DNA of 64,000 nucleotides from Nitrospinaceae bacterium (GCA_965223665.1 OZ245011.1:3296001-3360000), one strand, 5' to 3'. Positions 31,734 through 42,171 are shown, counted from the stretch's first letter. Program-made: numbers and translations. Notes: generated by a model not told the origin, from the sequence alone.

Positions 31734-33830
31734 TTAACGTTTTCTTAAAATTTTTTTTCTTAAATTTCTGTGGGCATTTTTACGTTCAAACTTATAACTA
31801 GCTTTTAAATTTTTATAAATTGAGTCACCATATTTATCATGACATGGAATGCAATTTCCAACTTTTAATATTTTTGTGATTTCTTCTTGATTAAAAGGTC
31901 GCGCATTTACTTGGGAAGTGCCAGCGAGGGGCGATCCACTTAATCCAACTTTTGCATCCGGACTGAAAGGAGACTTGCCCTTGATTTTGTTAGATCGATT
32001 GGTAGGAATAAACTTATCATACTTTCCTAATGAATTTTTTCCCCAGAGAATGTTTCCTTCCCCTAATCCTAAAGCTTTGGGAGATAAATGGCAACTTGCA
32101 CAAGATCGAACTTTTTTTCCCACAGAATGAGGTGAAACCGCAGATGCAGAGTGAGTAACGGAATAACCACTCGGGTTAGTAAATTCCCATTGCTTATATT
32201 TACCCATATTGTCGCCAAATTCACTAAGGACAGGAATAAAATGTTCCTGATCATCTATAGCTGTAAAGGTATTGGGTTTATGAGCAGACATAGGAACCAC
32301 TTTTCCTCGAGGACCAATCATTAAACTAGGCTCTTTTGTCTGAATGTGGGAAAAGTTTTCTGAAAAGACCTTTGATGGATTAAAAGCATTCTGTGGTTTT
32401 AGAGTTAGATGGCAACCTTTACATTCCGGGACCCATTGAGAATGACAGGAGGTGCATTCTAATTTCTGTCGATGTCCGGGAAAATTATGGATGGTCCACC
32501 ATTTCTTTGTCTGTGGTGTCTTAAAAGAAATACCATTTCGCTTACTAAATGTAATTACTTTTTTGTTTTGATATTTAACATTACTCATTTTATTGTTACG
32601 CGAAGTAAGTACCATGGAGTCACCAACAGAAATTTTTACTCCCTGATAATGTTTACTTTGACGAATGACAGGATCTTTAGAATCGATTATTTTCTCAAAT
32701 TTTGGGCTGGTTCTGGAAGAGCCATGGCAAGTTTCACAGCGGATTTCAACAGCTTGCTTTTGTTTTGAGTATATATTTCCATCGCCCATGATATCAGACT
32801 CAGTATGGCAGTCAATGCATTCCATTCCCGCGGAAAAATGGACATCATGTTTTACCTGTCCTAGTCCAAATGAGAAATTTCCGATGTTTTTAGTTTCCTC
32901 TGGTTTTTCTTCAAGACGGGGAGTTCTTAATATACCTTTGTGGCATTGTGAACAGATTCCGATTGGCGGAAGTGCTGTCAATTGGTGGGAAGCAGGGTAT
33001 CCTTCAATTCCCTTGGGAATTGTTTCATCCTGACCTTGGTAAATACCCTCAGGATTATAACGGAAATGACATGCAGCACAACCCTGTGATCGGAATTGTC
33101 CAGGGGGGGGTGGAGAATCTATATGACATTGGGAACATGAATCGCGAATAAAAAAATCCCCTGGGTGTTTAGAGATTGGAATAATAGGATCTGGAAAATT
33201 TTTATTCTTCAAATCCAAGGGTGAAAAATAAGGAATTGCTTCTAATTGCTCCACGGCTAATGATTCTTTAGGGATTTTCCCGTCGGTGTCAGTAATAGAA
33301 TAAATTCCATATTTAGCTTTTGGTGAAGGTTGGCCACCCCATTGAAACCTTAGTCCTGAAATTACACCTGCCATCGTTCCCATTATAGATTTTAATACAC
33401 GGTCGACATGATTGAGAGATTCATCTTGATGACCTGAATGGCATTGAGCTTTTCCGCAACTTTGCCGTACTACCTTTAAAGACGATGGATTACGCTTTCC
33501 GGTGCCGGCGTTTGGGTCATATATCAATGTTGAATGAGCTTTTTCTTTATCTAGTGAATCTGGTTTCCCACCATGGCAAATGGTACAGCCCCAATTTAAA
33601 GGATGAGATGTGCTGACTTGTTTAATTCCTCTATGACAGTTTAAACAAAGTTCCCGGCTGTCTTTGTTCTGTAGATTATACAAGTTCTCCAATGACAAAG
33701 AAGACGGGTTTAGCGGTTTGTTGTCAAGAGGTAGCTGTTTTAAATCTTGAGCAAGAATTGTCCAAGGGAATAAAAGCTTAAAAGTAAATACTGTCCAAAA
33801 ACAGAATGTTAATTTGGAGAAAAAGGTCAT
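31734..33830 (-). CDS. Multiheme c-type cytochrome (11 CxxCH + 1 CX4CH)
   Basis: Eleven CxxCH motifs plus CGKAQCH; signal peptide; paralogous to the downstream gene. Confidence 0.9.
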   Translation of the reverse strand: MTFFSKLTFCFWTVFTFKLLFPWTILAQDLKQLPLDNKPLNPSSLSLENLYNLQNKDSRELCLNCHRGIKQVSTSHPLNWGCTICHGGKPDSLDKEKAHSTLIYDPNAGTGKRNPSSLKVVRQSCGKAQCHSGHQDESLNHVDRVLKSIMGTMAGVISGLRFQWGGQPSPKAKYGIYSITDTDGKIPKESLAVEQLEAIPYFSPLDLKNKNFPDPIIPISKHPGDFFIRDSCSQCHIDSPPPPGQFRSQGCAACHFRYNPEGIYQGQDETIPKGIEGYPASHQLTALPPIGICSQCHKGILRTPRLEEKPEETKNIGNFSFGLGQVKHDVHFSAGMECIDCHTESDIMGDGNIYSKQKQAVEIRCETCHGSSRTSPKFEKIIDSKDPVIRQSKHYQGVKISVGDSMVLTSRNNKMSNVKYQNKKVITFSKRNGISFKTPQTKKWWTIHNFPGHRQKLECTSCHSQWVPECKGCHLTLKPQNAFNPSKVFSENFSHIQTKEPSLMIGPRGKVVPMSAHKPNTFTAIDDQEHFIPVLSEFGDNMGKYKQWEFTNPSGYSVTHSASAVSPHSVGKKVRSCASCHLSPKALGLGEGNILWGKNSLGKYDKFIPTNRSNKIKGKSPFSPDAKVGLSGSPLAGTSQVNARPFNQEEITKILKVGNCIPCHDKYGDSIYKNLKASYKFERKNAHRNLRKKILRKR

Positions 33831-33886
33831 TGGGAAATGAGTGGATTTAAAACAGCCGCGTAAGGAAATCTGCGGGTAAATTTAAA

Positions 33887-34207
33887 CTATTTGTAGACAA
33901 CTTTCACATTATCTAAATAATGAGTTAATTCTTCAATGGATTTTCGGACGGTTTCAACATCTTTTTTTTCGGCCGCATGTTCAAGGGATTTGCCAATTTT
34001 ACTTAGGTCATTGAAACCAAAGCTACCTCCCGACCCTTTAATGATATGTCCAAGACGTGAAATGGAAGAATAATCATTTTTGAAAAAGCTGCTTTTTATT
34101 TCCGATAAATCTTCCCGCCTTTTTTTGAGATAGTCTGGGATTAAATCCTTTATATCCGAATCGACCGTGACCACGGGTTTACCAATTTGTTTCCAGAGTT
34201 CATTCAT
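33887..34207 (-). CDS. Stand-alone Hpt phosphotransfer protein
   Basis: LGHIIKGSGGSFG Hpt motif. Confidence 0.88.
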   Translation of the reverse strand: MNELWKQIGKPVVTVDSDIKDLIPDYLKKRREDLSEIKSSFFKNDYSSISRLGHIIKGSGGSFGFNDLSKIGKSLEHAAEKKDVETVRKSIEELTHYLDNVKVVYK

Positions 34208-34303
34208 ATTAAATTGTTTGCTTAAATAAAAAAATCCCTGTGAGTTTGTTATCTATTATAAGACTTGGAAATGTATAAGGAAAAAATAATTACTTAATGA
34301 GGT

Positions 34304-36409
34304 TTATTTTAATCTTAATACTACAAGACTTCTAGGTATTAATGAAATTTCATTATTTTTGAGAGATATTGAAGTGTCTTCTTGGGTGCTATTTGTATTT
34401 AGAATGATCTCCCAACTTTGTAAGGGCTTCAAAAAATTTGGAAGATGAAATGCTTTATTTGTATTTTCTGCATTGATTAATATCGCGAGTGAATATTTCA
34501 AAAATGAGTTTGGCTTTTCTGGATCAATGTTCAAGGGTTCTGATGGAATTACAATTGTTATGGATTTAAAAGCTTCATCATGCCAGAATTTATCATTCAT
34601 TTCTTCTCCTTCAGGATTCAGCCATAGAACATCTTTTTCATCCTTTGAAATATTTTCATCAAAAAATCTGGCTCTCTGTAAGGGTGGAAATTTCTGTTTC
34701 AATTGGATTGCTTTTTTAAAAAAATTTAAAAACTCCTCTTGCTCTTGATTTAAGTTCCAATGATACCAATTTGTTTCATTATCCTGGCAATAAGTATTAT
34801 TATTTCCATTTTGCGTTCGACTTAATTCATCGCCGCCTAGAATCATAGGAACTCCTAATGAAGTCAGAAGAGTAACTATAAGGTTCTTCTTTTGTCGATT
34901 TCGAAGAGAGCAAATGTCAGAATCGTTGGTAGGTCCTTCAACCCCATAGTTTTCGCTATCATTATTGGTGGTTCCATCCTGGTTTTTTTCCATGTTGGTT
35001 TCATTGTGTTTATCTTTGTAGCTCACTAAATCTTCAAGAGTAAAACCATCATGACAGGTGATATAATTTAAACTTGCTTTAGGTGATCTATTTTTTGGAC
35101 TATAAATATCACTGCTTCCCGAAAATCGGCGGGCAAATAAACCAATATGTCCCGGGTCGCCTCGCCAAAAACGTCGCATGGTTTGGCGGTATTGATCATT
35201 CCACTCCGACCATTCATTGGGGAAACCGGAAACTTGATAGCCTTCTGGGCCGAGATCCCAGGGTTCAGCAATAAGTTTGGTATGAGTCAGGACGGGATCT
35301 TTGCGAATTTCTTTGAAAATTTCTGCTTCTTCTTCAAAATGGATTGGCCCACGCCCTAAAACTGTTGCCAAATCAAATCTAAATCCGTCAACATGCATTT
35401 CCTGAACCCAATACCGTAAAGAATCCATAATTAGTTGACGAGTTTTTGGATGATTCATGTTAATGGTATTTCCACAGCCGGTATAGTTCAAAAACTCATA
35501 ATTCTTTTTTTCGTCTAATTTGTAATAAGTAAGATTATCAATTCCTTTTAAAGACAAAGTTGGTCCTGATTCGTTGCCTTCTGGAGTGTGGTTAAAAACT
35601 ACATCTAAAATTATTTCGATTCCAGCTGAATGCAAAACTTTAACCATTTCCTTGAATTCCCGAATTGGGTCACCATTGTTTGTTGCAAACCTTTTGTCAG
35701 GAGCAAAAAAAAGGAGGCTATTGTATCCCCAATAATTCCTTAAATTGTTTTCGTATAAATTCTTCTCGGTGATAGCTTGGTGAATCGGAAGCAATTCAAC
35801 AGAGGTGATACCTAAATTTAAAAGATGATCTATTATGGGAGATGAAGCCAGACCTAAAAATGTTCCTCTCAGTCTTTCGGGTACTTCCGGATGTAGTTTA
35901 CTAATACCCTTTACATGCGTTTCGTAAATAATGGTTTTATCCCAAGGTATTTTAGGACTTGAGTCCTCTTCCCAATCAAAAGATGATTCCACCACCTGTC
36001 CTAAAGGAGCGCAAGAAGCCGAATCTTGGAAATTGAGATCATGGATGGAAGACAAACCCCCTTTAGAAAGGGAGAACAATTTATCATCCCATTTTAAGGA
36101 TCTACCTAAGAGAGGAGCGTAGGGATCAATTAATAGCTTCGAGGGGTTAAACCAATGACCCTGACTGGGGTTAAAGGGACCAAAGACGCGATACCCGTAT
36201 AGAGTCCCCGGACCGGCATTTTTTACAAAAACTTGCCAAAGATGATTTGAATTTTTTTTTAAGGGTAAACAATAAGTTTCTTGCTCAGCCTCGGCAGAAT
36301 CAAATATACAAATTTCCACCCGGGTAGCATTTTCAGAATATAAAGAAAACTTTGTGCCCTGGGGCGTACAAACCGGTCCTAACTTTATTACTTCCGTTGG
36401 ATTCAACAT
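34304..36409 (-). CDS. glgX: Glycogen debranching enzyme
   Basis: NYWGYN, DVVFNHT, VDGFRFDLA, IAEPWD, HDGFTL. Confidence 0.95.
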   Translation of the reverse strand: MLNPTEVIKLGPVCTPQGTKFSLYSENATRVEICIFDSAEAEQETYCLPLKKNSNHLWQVFVKNAGPGTLYGYRVFGPFNPSQGHWFNPSKLLIDPYAPLLGRSLKWDDKLFSLSKGGLSSIHDLNFQDSASCAPLGQVVESSFDWEEDSSPKIPWDKTIIYETHVKGISKLHPEVPERLRGTFLGLASSPIIDHLLNLGITSVELLPIHQAITEKNLYENNLRNYWGYNSLLFFAPDKRFATNNGDPIREFKEMVKVLHSAGIEIILDVVFNHTPEGNESGPTLSLKGIDNLTYYKLDEKKNYEFLNYTGCGNTINMNHPKTRQLIMDSLRYWVQEMHVDGFRFDLATVLGRGPIHFEEEAEIFKEIRKDPVLTHTKLIAEPWDLGPEGYQVSGFPNEWSEWNDQYRQTMRRFWRGDPGHIGLFARRFSGSSDIYSPKNRSPKASLNYITCHDGFTLEDLVSYKDKHNETNMEKNQDGTTNNDSENYGVEGPTNDSDICSLRNRQKKNLIVTLLTSLGVPMILGGDELSRTQNGNNNTYCQDNETNWYHWNLNQEQEEFLNFFKKAIQLKQKFPPLQRARFFDENISKDEKDVLWLNPEGEEMNDKFWHDEAFKSITIVIPSEPLNIDPEKPNSFLKYSLAILINAENTNKAFHLPNFLKPLQSWEIILNTNSTQEDTSISLKNNEISLIPRSLVVLRLK

Positions 36410-36451
36410 GTTTCTATGTTAAATGCCAACGACCCTTTGTAAAAATTTTTT

Positions 36452-36961
36452 TTAATAAACCGGATTATGAAAATAGTAAAGGGCATCATCTCCTGGAACA
36501 ATTGTATAATCCGGCAGGCTCGAACAATGTTCGTGATTGATTTTCCATGACCCACCATTTTTGACAAAACCATAGGTACATACACTATGCTGTCGTTCAT
36601 CCGAACTCAATCGAGAAGAAACGTTAATCATTTCGTCGACCAGTAGAAAACCGACGTTAGAACCAACGTTACCGGCTAAAATAGTTCTTTCATTTTTACA
36701 TTTCATATTTTCTAGATCACTAATCATACTTTCGTAATCTTTAATTCGGTCTTTAAGTAAAATTCTGTGATCGTCAGAAATTATTGTAATTTTTGGACTA
36801 TAATAATCAGATAATTTTTTAGGACTGGAGCAAACCACTGCGTCTACTTTTTTTAGAATATTTAAAAGATCATTTTTTTCATCAGCCCAAGCGAAGTTTG
36901 TGCTGAAGACAAATAAACAAAATAAACATGTTGCCCAAGTCAACTTACCCATTCTATTCAT
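36452..36961 (-). CDS. Exported NTF2/SnoaL-like domain protein
   Basis: Signal peptide; GSWKINHEHCS NTF2-like C-terminal strand. Confidence 0.65.
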   Translation of the reverse strand: MNRMGKLTWATCLFCLFVFSTNFAWADEKNDLLNILKKVDAVVCSSPKKLSDYYSPKITIISDDHRILLKDRIKDYESMISDLENMKCKNERTILAGNVGSNVGFLLVDEMINVSSRLSSDERQHSVCTYGFVKNGGSWKINHEHCSSLPDYTIVPGDDALYYFHNPVY

Positions 36962-37020
36962 CTAAATTTCTCCAAAATCGGATTAAATTGGTCATTAATT
37001 AATTGTAAAAAAAAGTACTC

Positions 37021-39279
37021 TTAGGGAAAATTTTGGAAATAAATTTCCACGGTTTCTCCCTCGTGTGCCCATCCGAAGGAATCGGTTCCTGCTAATGTAG
37101 TAATGATTCCTTTGTTATCTACCTTTCGCACGCGGTTATTACCCATATCGGTGATATACATATTTCCTTTTGAATCGAAGGCAATATCAGCAGGTTGCTT
37201 CAACATGGCCTTGGTGGCCGGACCGCCGTCACCATAAAAACCTTGAATTCCGGAACGACCTGCGACGGTAACTATTTTGCCATCTTTACCAATTTTTCGA
37301 ATCACATGTGTTCCCGTTTCAACAATGTAAAGTTCACCAGAGGGGCTAATCTCAATTTCGCCTAAAGAACGAATTCCTGCTTTAAGCGCTGGACCGCCAT
37401 CCCCTGAATCAACATGTTTTCCATTGCCGGCAAATGTGGAGACTATGCCTTTGGTATCAATTTTTCTAATTACATTGTTTGCCGAATCTGCAACATATAA
37501 ATTACCAGCTTTATCAAATACCATTCCCTGAGGGTCCCTAAAGGAAGCTTTAAGAGCTGGACCACCATCTCCGGAATACCCGGCTTCTCCGGTACCTCCA
37601 ATAGTGACAATTTGTCCCTTGGAATCAATTTTTCGAATTTGATGATTTATTCTGTCGGTAATATATAGCAGGTTATCAGGGCCAACAATAACCTCAGAAA
37701 ACTGAGAAATTACGGTAATTTCAGATTTCGCCGAGGTAGCGTACCCAGAGTCTCTCTTGACGGATTTTTGGTAATGATCTTCCCCGGTATTCATTACTTC
37801 ACTAATAATACCTTTTGAATCAATTTTTCTTATAAGGCTTACAAATCCGCTTGGACTAATAAAATATAACTCATCATTTTTACTAAGGTCCATGACGGTC
37901 GGGAAAACAGAAGCCTTGAGTGCAGGTCCTCCGTCGCCAATGTTGCCTCGTACTCCCGTTCCTGCAAAGGTATTAATAATTCCATCAGGACTAATTTTTC
38001 GGATACGGTAATGAGATTTATCTGCCACTAAGACGTTGTCTTTACTATCTACTACAATTCCATGTGGAAAGTTAAGAATAGCTCCATTTCCTGGTCCACC
38101 ATCGCCTCCAAATTTCTTTATTCCATTTCCTGCTACAGTTTCAACCTTGTTGCCGCGCATACTCATTCGACGAATTCTATAATGCGAACGGTCAACCACT
38201 AAAAGATCTCCGTTTTTATCCAATGCCACGTCAAACGGAAGGTGAAGGCTGGTTTCTCTAGCAACTTCTGCATCGCCGTTATATTCCTGTTGCCCTGTTC
38301 CCATAATGGTGCGAATCATTCCTAATGGGTCCACAACCCGAATTCGATTATTGTATCGGTCCGCAATGTACAGGTTTCCCTTGTCATCCAATACAATCCC
38401 TGTGGGGCCGGCTATGCTAGCTCGGTATGCAGGCCCATTATCACCAATAAAATAAAATCCACCGTCCCCTGCAACGGTGCTGATTAAACCTGAAGAATCA
38501 ATTTTCCGAATTCGATTATTTCCACGATCAGCAATATAAAGGTTTCCTTTTTTATCCAAAGCTAAGCCAAAGGGTTTATCGATGGTTGCTTTAAGAGCGG
38601 GCATATTGTCACCGTTATAACCTTCGGCACCACTTCCCGCATAAGTACTAATATTGCCTTTGGAATCTACGACACGAATTCGATTGTTCGAGCGGTCCGA
38701 GATAAAAATATTTCCACTTTTATCGACAGCCACTCCAGAAGGTAAATTGAGATTTGCTTGAGTGGCTGGGCCACCATCTCCGCTAAAACCCGCAATGCCA
38801 TTCCCAGCTATGGTAGAGATAATCCCTTTTGTGTCGACTTTTCGAACACGGTGGTTTTCTCTATCAGCAATGTATAAATTCCCTTTTGCATCAAAACAGA
38901 GTCCTGCGGGGACCCTTAGTTTAGCCTGGGTAGCAGGCCCACCATCCCCTGCAAAACCAGATGCGCCGCTACCCACAACATTATGTAAGAGACCACGACT
39001 ATCGATTTTGCTAATGATGTTATGATCTCGACGGGCGAAGTAAATATCTCCATTATCAGCAACCGCAATGCCATCTACTAAAGAAATAGAAATAGAAGTG
39101 GCTTTGACAGGACCTTTGGCGGCAAACACAGGTACTGTTGTAAGTAACACTATCAAAAAGCTATAAAAAATTTTATGAGTCAATTTTGATACACCAACAA
39201 TCATGAGAGACCTCTTATTTTTAAAATATGAAAGAACTTGGCTGGATGGCCGAGTCCCATTAAACATGTATTTTTTCAT
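37021..39279 (-). CDS. Exported NHL-repeat beta-propeller protein
   Basis: About 11-12 repeats of GDGGPA..A.L..P.G...D..GNLYIAD..N.RIRKID..G.ISTIAG; true start probably downstream of 39279. Confidence 0.9.
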   Translation of the reverse strand: MKKYMFNGTRPSSQVLSYFKNKRSLMIVGVSKLTHKIFYSFLIVLLTTVPVFAAKGPVKATSISISLVDGIAVADNGDIYFARRDHNIISKIDSRGLLHNVVGSGASGFAGDGGPATQAKLRVPAGLCFDAKGNLYIADRENHRVRKVDTKGIISTIAGNGIAGFSGDGGPATQANLNLPSGVAVDKSGNIFISDRSNNRIRVVDSKGNISTYAGSGAEGYNGDNMPALKATIDKPFGLALDKKGNLYIADRGNNRIRKIDSSGLISTVAGDGGFYFIGDNGPAYRASIAGPTGIVLDDKGNLYIADRYNNRIRVVDPLGMIRTIMGTGQQEYNGDAEVARETSLHLPFDVALDKNGDLLVVDRSHYRIRRMSMRGNKVETVAGNGIKKFGGDGGPGNGAILNFPHGIVVDSKDNVLVADKSHYRIRKISPDGIINTFAGTGVRGNIGDGGPALKASVFPTVMDLSKNDELYFISPSGFVSLIRKIDSKGIISEVMNTGEDHYQKSVKRDSGYATSAKSEITVISQFSEVIVGPDNLLYITDRINHQIRKIDSKGQIVTIGGTGEAGYSGDGGPALKASFRDPQGMVFDKAGNLYVADSANNVIRKIDTKGIVSTFAGNGKHVDSGDGGPALKAGIRSLGEIEISPSGELYIVETGTHVIRKIGKDGKIVTVAGRSGIQGFYGDGGPATKAMLKQPADIAFDSKGNMYITDMGNNRVRKVDNKGIITTLAGTDSFGWAHEGETVEIYFQNFP

Positions 39280-39741
39280 TTAAACTATCATTTAGCAGAG
39301 GCAAAAAAAAAGTCCAACCCAGAAAAACTTTATTAAAAAAATTGGAATGGGACTTTCGTTTTCTCAAGTAACCGTTGTCTTTGACAGTGATCTTGACGTT
39401 CTCAAATATTTGAGGAAAACAAAATCTCCTGAAATTTATATAAGCAAGGAGAACTTTTAACCTCTGAAATTATATGTGTTTGTCCTGAATTATACGGAGT
39501 AAGATAGTCTTGTCAACGGAATTTAGAAAAAATGGCTCTAATGAAAATGTTTTAAAATTAAGTCCCCAAATATTTTTTTTGGATTGGTTTGTAAATTTGG
39601 GTCTTGTTTTGGAAAAATGGTATTATAGTGCTTATTCAAATGGAGGAATCTGCATCCAATAATACAATCTTGGTGATTCAATTTCTTTGTATTTAGAAAA
39701 ACAAACCATTTGATACTAATTTTAGATAAATAGGTTTATCC

Positions 39742-41556
39742 ATGAAAATCCTATTAATTTTTCCGCCAGATTGGCTTCCTTCGGAACCCTACCTGAGTTT
39801 ACCGGCTTTGACATCAGTATTGCGACCTGCAGGCCATGAAGTTGTCCAAAAAGACATCAATGTTGAGATGTATGACTTAATGTTTAGCGAGAAATTTTTG
39901 CGACATGTGCAAAAACGAATTCATTTTGAATTGAGGCATTTGCAAATTCAAGCCGATCGACAAGGACTTGATGAAGAAGAACGAGAGCTGAAAAACGCTC
40001 TCGAAATGCAAACTGAGGAAATTTTTGTTGAACTTATTGCCAGTGTGAAAGAAGCCAAACGAATACTTAAAACGGAAGATTTTTTCGAAATTGAAAAATT
40101 AGAATGGGCTACAAGTACTCTACACCATGTAATGTCGGTGATTTCTCTAGGATATTATCCTGCACAAATTTGTTTTCCTCCTATTGAAACGGATTTGGTT
40201 TACAAGCCTTTTATGTCTACTGAAATAATAGAGGCTCTTGAAGATAATCAGATCAATGTTTACCGTGACGTTTATCGATTTTTGTTAGAGGACCTAATTG
40301 CTGAAGAAAAGCCAGATGTTGTGGGGATATCTGTAGTCCAGCAAAAACAGCTAATTCCTACCTTTACTTTTTGCAAATTAATCAAGGAGCAAATGCCAAA
40401 TACCCATATCACTTTGGGTGGAAATATCATTACACGCATACGCGATGTAATGGTGGGAAAGGATAATTTATTTGAACTTTTTGATACCGCGGTTCTGTAT
40501 GAGGGTGAGAGTGCTTTTTTAAAATTGATTGAATCCTTGGAAAGAGGTGAAACGGATTTTTCTCAAATGCCTAATTTGATGTACAAAGGGGCTAATGGAA
40601 TACAGGTGAATAAAGAAGTACTTTCCGAAAATATGGATCAATTACCACCCCCGGATTTTGACGGCTTGCCTTTAGACAAATATTTTGTTCCGAGATTGAT
40701 CCTTCCCTATTTGGCAACTCGCGGTTGTTATTGGGGAAAATGTACGTTCTGTGATCACTTTCAGGGTTATGTGGAGGGCTATCGTACTAAGCAAATTGCT
40801 CAGATCACAGAAGAAATTCGTTTTTTAAAAAATAAATATGGCAACCGTTATTTTCATTTTACTGATGAATCCTATCCACCCGCGTTATTTCGAAAATTAT
40901 CCCGTTCGTTAATTGACAATAAAGTAGATATTGCCTGGACGACTCATATGCGATTCGAGGAAACTCTGCTTGATGATGAAGTGTGGAAAGATGCACAAGA
41001 ATCTGGCTGTCGATACTTACATTTTGGTTATGAATCGGGAAATGAACGCGTACTAAAGCTAATGGACAAAGCAACTCATTTAGATGCGATTCGTACTAAT
41101 TTAGCAATGTCTGCTAAGCATGGAATTTGGAATCACATTATGGGGTTTTTCGGTTTTCCAGGGGAAACCTCCGAGGAAGCAGAGGATAGTAAAAAGTTTG
41201 TTCATGAAAATCGTCAAAATGTCCATTCTTTAGGTTTTATGACCTTTGTCCTGGGTAAATATAGTCCAATTGCCATGGAACCCGAAAAGTATGGAGTGAA
41301 TGCTTATAAAAACCCTGAATGGGACTTGGCATTAGATTACTATTTTACTGTTGATGAAGGATTAAATATTCAAGAGGCGTTAGATGTATTTGAAGAGTTC
41401 GAACGCAATCACGATGGAAAATGGGATTTAAGAACTTGTGTGCGGGAATATATTTTCCTCTATGTGGATCATTTCGGGACTAATGATCTCAAACAACTCC
41501 ATATCCAACCTCACCAACGTCCAGAAATTTACAACAACCCAGTTGGCATGGTTTAG
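39742..41556 (+). CDS. B12-binding domain radical SAM protein
   Basis: N-terminal B12-binding-like domain (PYLSL, DVVGIS, LGG), RGCYWGKCTFC CX3CX2C, GYESG, FFGFPGET. Confidence 0.9.
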   Translation: MKILLIFPPDWLPSEPYLSLPALTSVLRPAGHEVVQKDINVEMYDLMFSEKFLRHVQKRIHFELRHLQIQADRQGLDEEERELKNALEMQTEEIFVELIASVKEAKRILKTEDFFEIEKLEWATSTLHHVMSVISLGYYPAQICFPPIETDLVYKPFMSTEIIEALEDNQINVYRDVYRFLLEDLIAEEKPDVVGISVVQQKQLIPTFTFCKLIKEQMPNTHITLGGNIITRIRDVMVGKDNLFELFDTAVLYEGESAFLKLIESLERGETDFSQMPNLMYKGANGIQVNKEVLSENMDQLPPPDFDGLPLDKYFVPRLILPYLATRGCYWGKCTFCDHFQGYVEGYRTKQIAQITEEIRFLKNKYGNRYFHFTDESYPPALFRKLSRSLIDNKVDIAWTTHMRFEETLLDDEVWKDAQESGCRYLHFGYESGNERVLKLMDKATHLDAIRTNLAMSAKHGIWNHIMGFFGFPGETSEEAEDSKKFVHENRQNVHSLGFMTFVLGKYSPIAMEPEKYGVNAYKNPEWDLALDYYFTVDEGLNIQEALDVFEEFERNHDGKWDLRTCVREYIFLYVDHFGTNDLKQLHIQPHQRPEIYNNPVGMV

Positions 41557-41769
41557 TCCTACCAAGAAAATAAAACTAGAATCTATAATTCAATTGAACT
41601 TGAATTTTTATTTCAAATAAAGAGAGGTTAACTTTCTATTAAAACCTATCAAATAGAAAAGTGTTGGGTAATAAAACTCATTGTTTTTTAATAAATCCTT
41701 GAAGAAATTGTTTAAAAAATCTCTCCATTTAAAATACTTTTAATGGTCCCTAGCCAGGAATAAGATGAG

Positions 41770-42171
41770 TTATTTATTGGGATTGTAAGAAACCACGGGT
41801 TCTTGTTCTGTGGCAATATTACGACTAATGACAGCGATAGCAGGCTCAGAATCGCTTAAATTTTTCGGTTGATGCGGAATTCCTGGTGGTATAAATAGAA
41901 AATCTCCCTTTTCCGTGATTATCGATTCTTTTAATTCTTCCCCAAACCGGTTGTCAACGCGACCCTCAAGTATATAAATAGCTGATTCAAACCCATCATG
42001 AAAATGTGGTTCAGCTTTTCCTCCTGGAGGAATTTTAACCAGGTTCATGGAAAGATTTTGTGTGCCAGCGGTACGTTCAGAAATTCCAAGGAAATAATTT
42101 AAATTCCGTTTGCTCGTAAAAGATTCATCTGGACGAACTCTTACCAATTTTTTTTGTGGGTGGTCGGTCAT
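41770..42171 (-). CDS. Cupin domain protein
   Basis: PHFHDGFESAIYILEG and GDFLFIPPGIPHQP cupin motifs; AGGAGG RBS. Confidence 0.88.
   Translation of the reverse strand: MTDHPQKKLVRVRPDESFTSKRNLNYFLGISERTAGTQNLSMNLVKIPPGGKAEPHFHDGFESAIYILEGRVDNRFGEELKESIITEKGDFLFIPPGIPHQPKNLSDSEPAIAVISRNIATEQEPVVSYNPNK

Noticed and set aside
37021-39279. CRISPR-like or tandem DNA repeats
   Set aside because: The periodicity comes from protein-level NHL repeats with divergent codons; there are no identical repeats with spacers.
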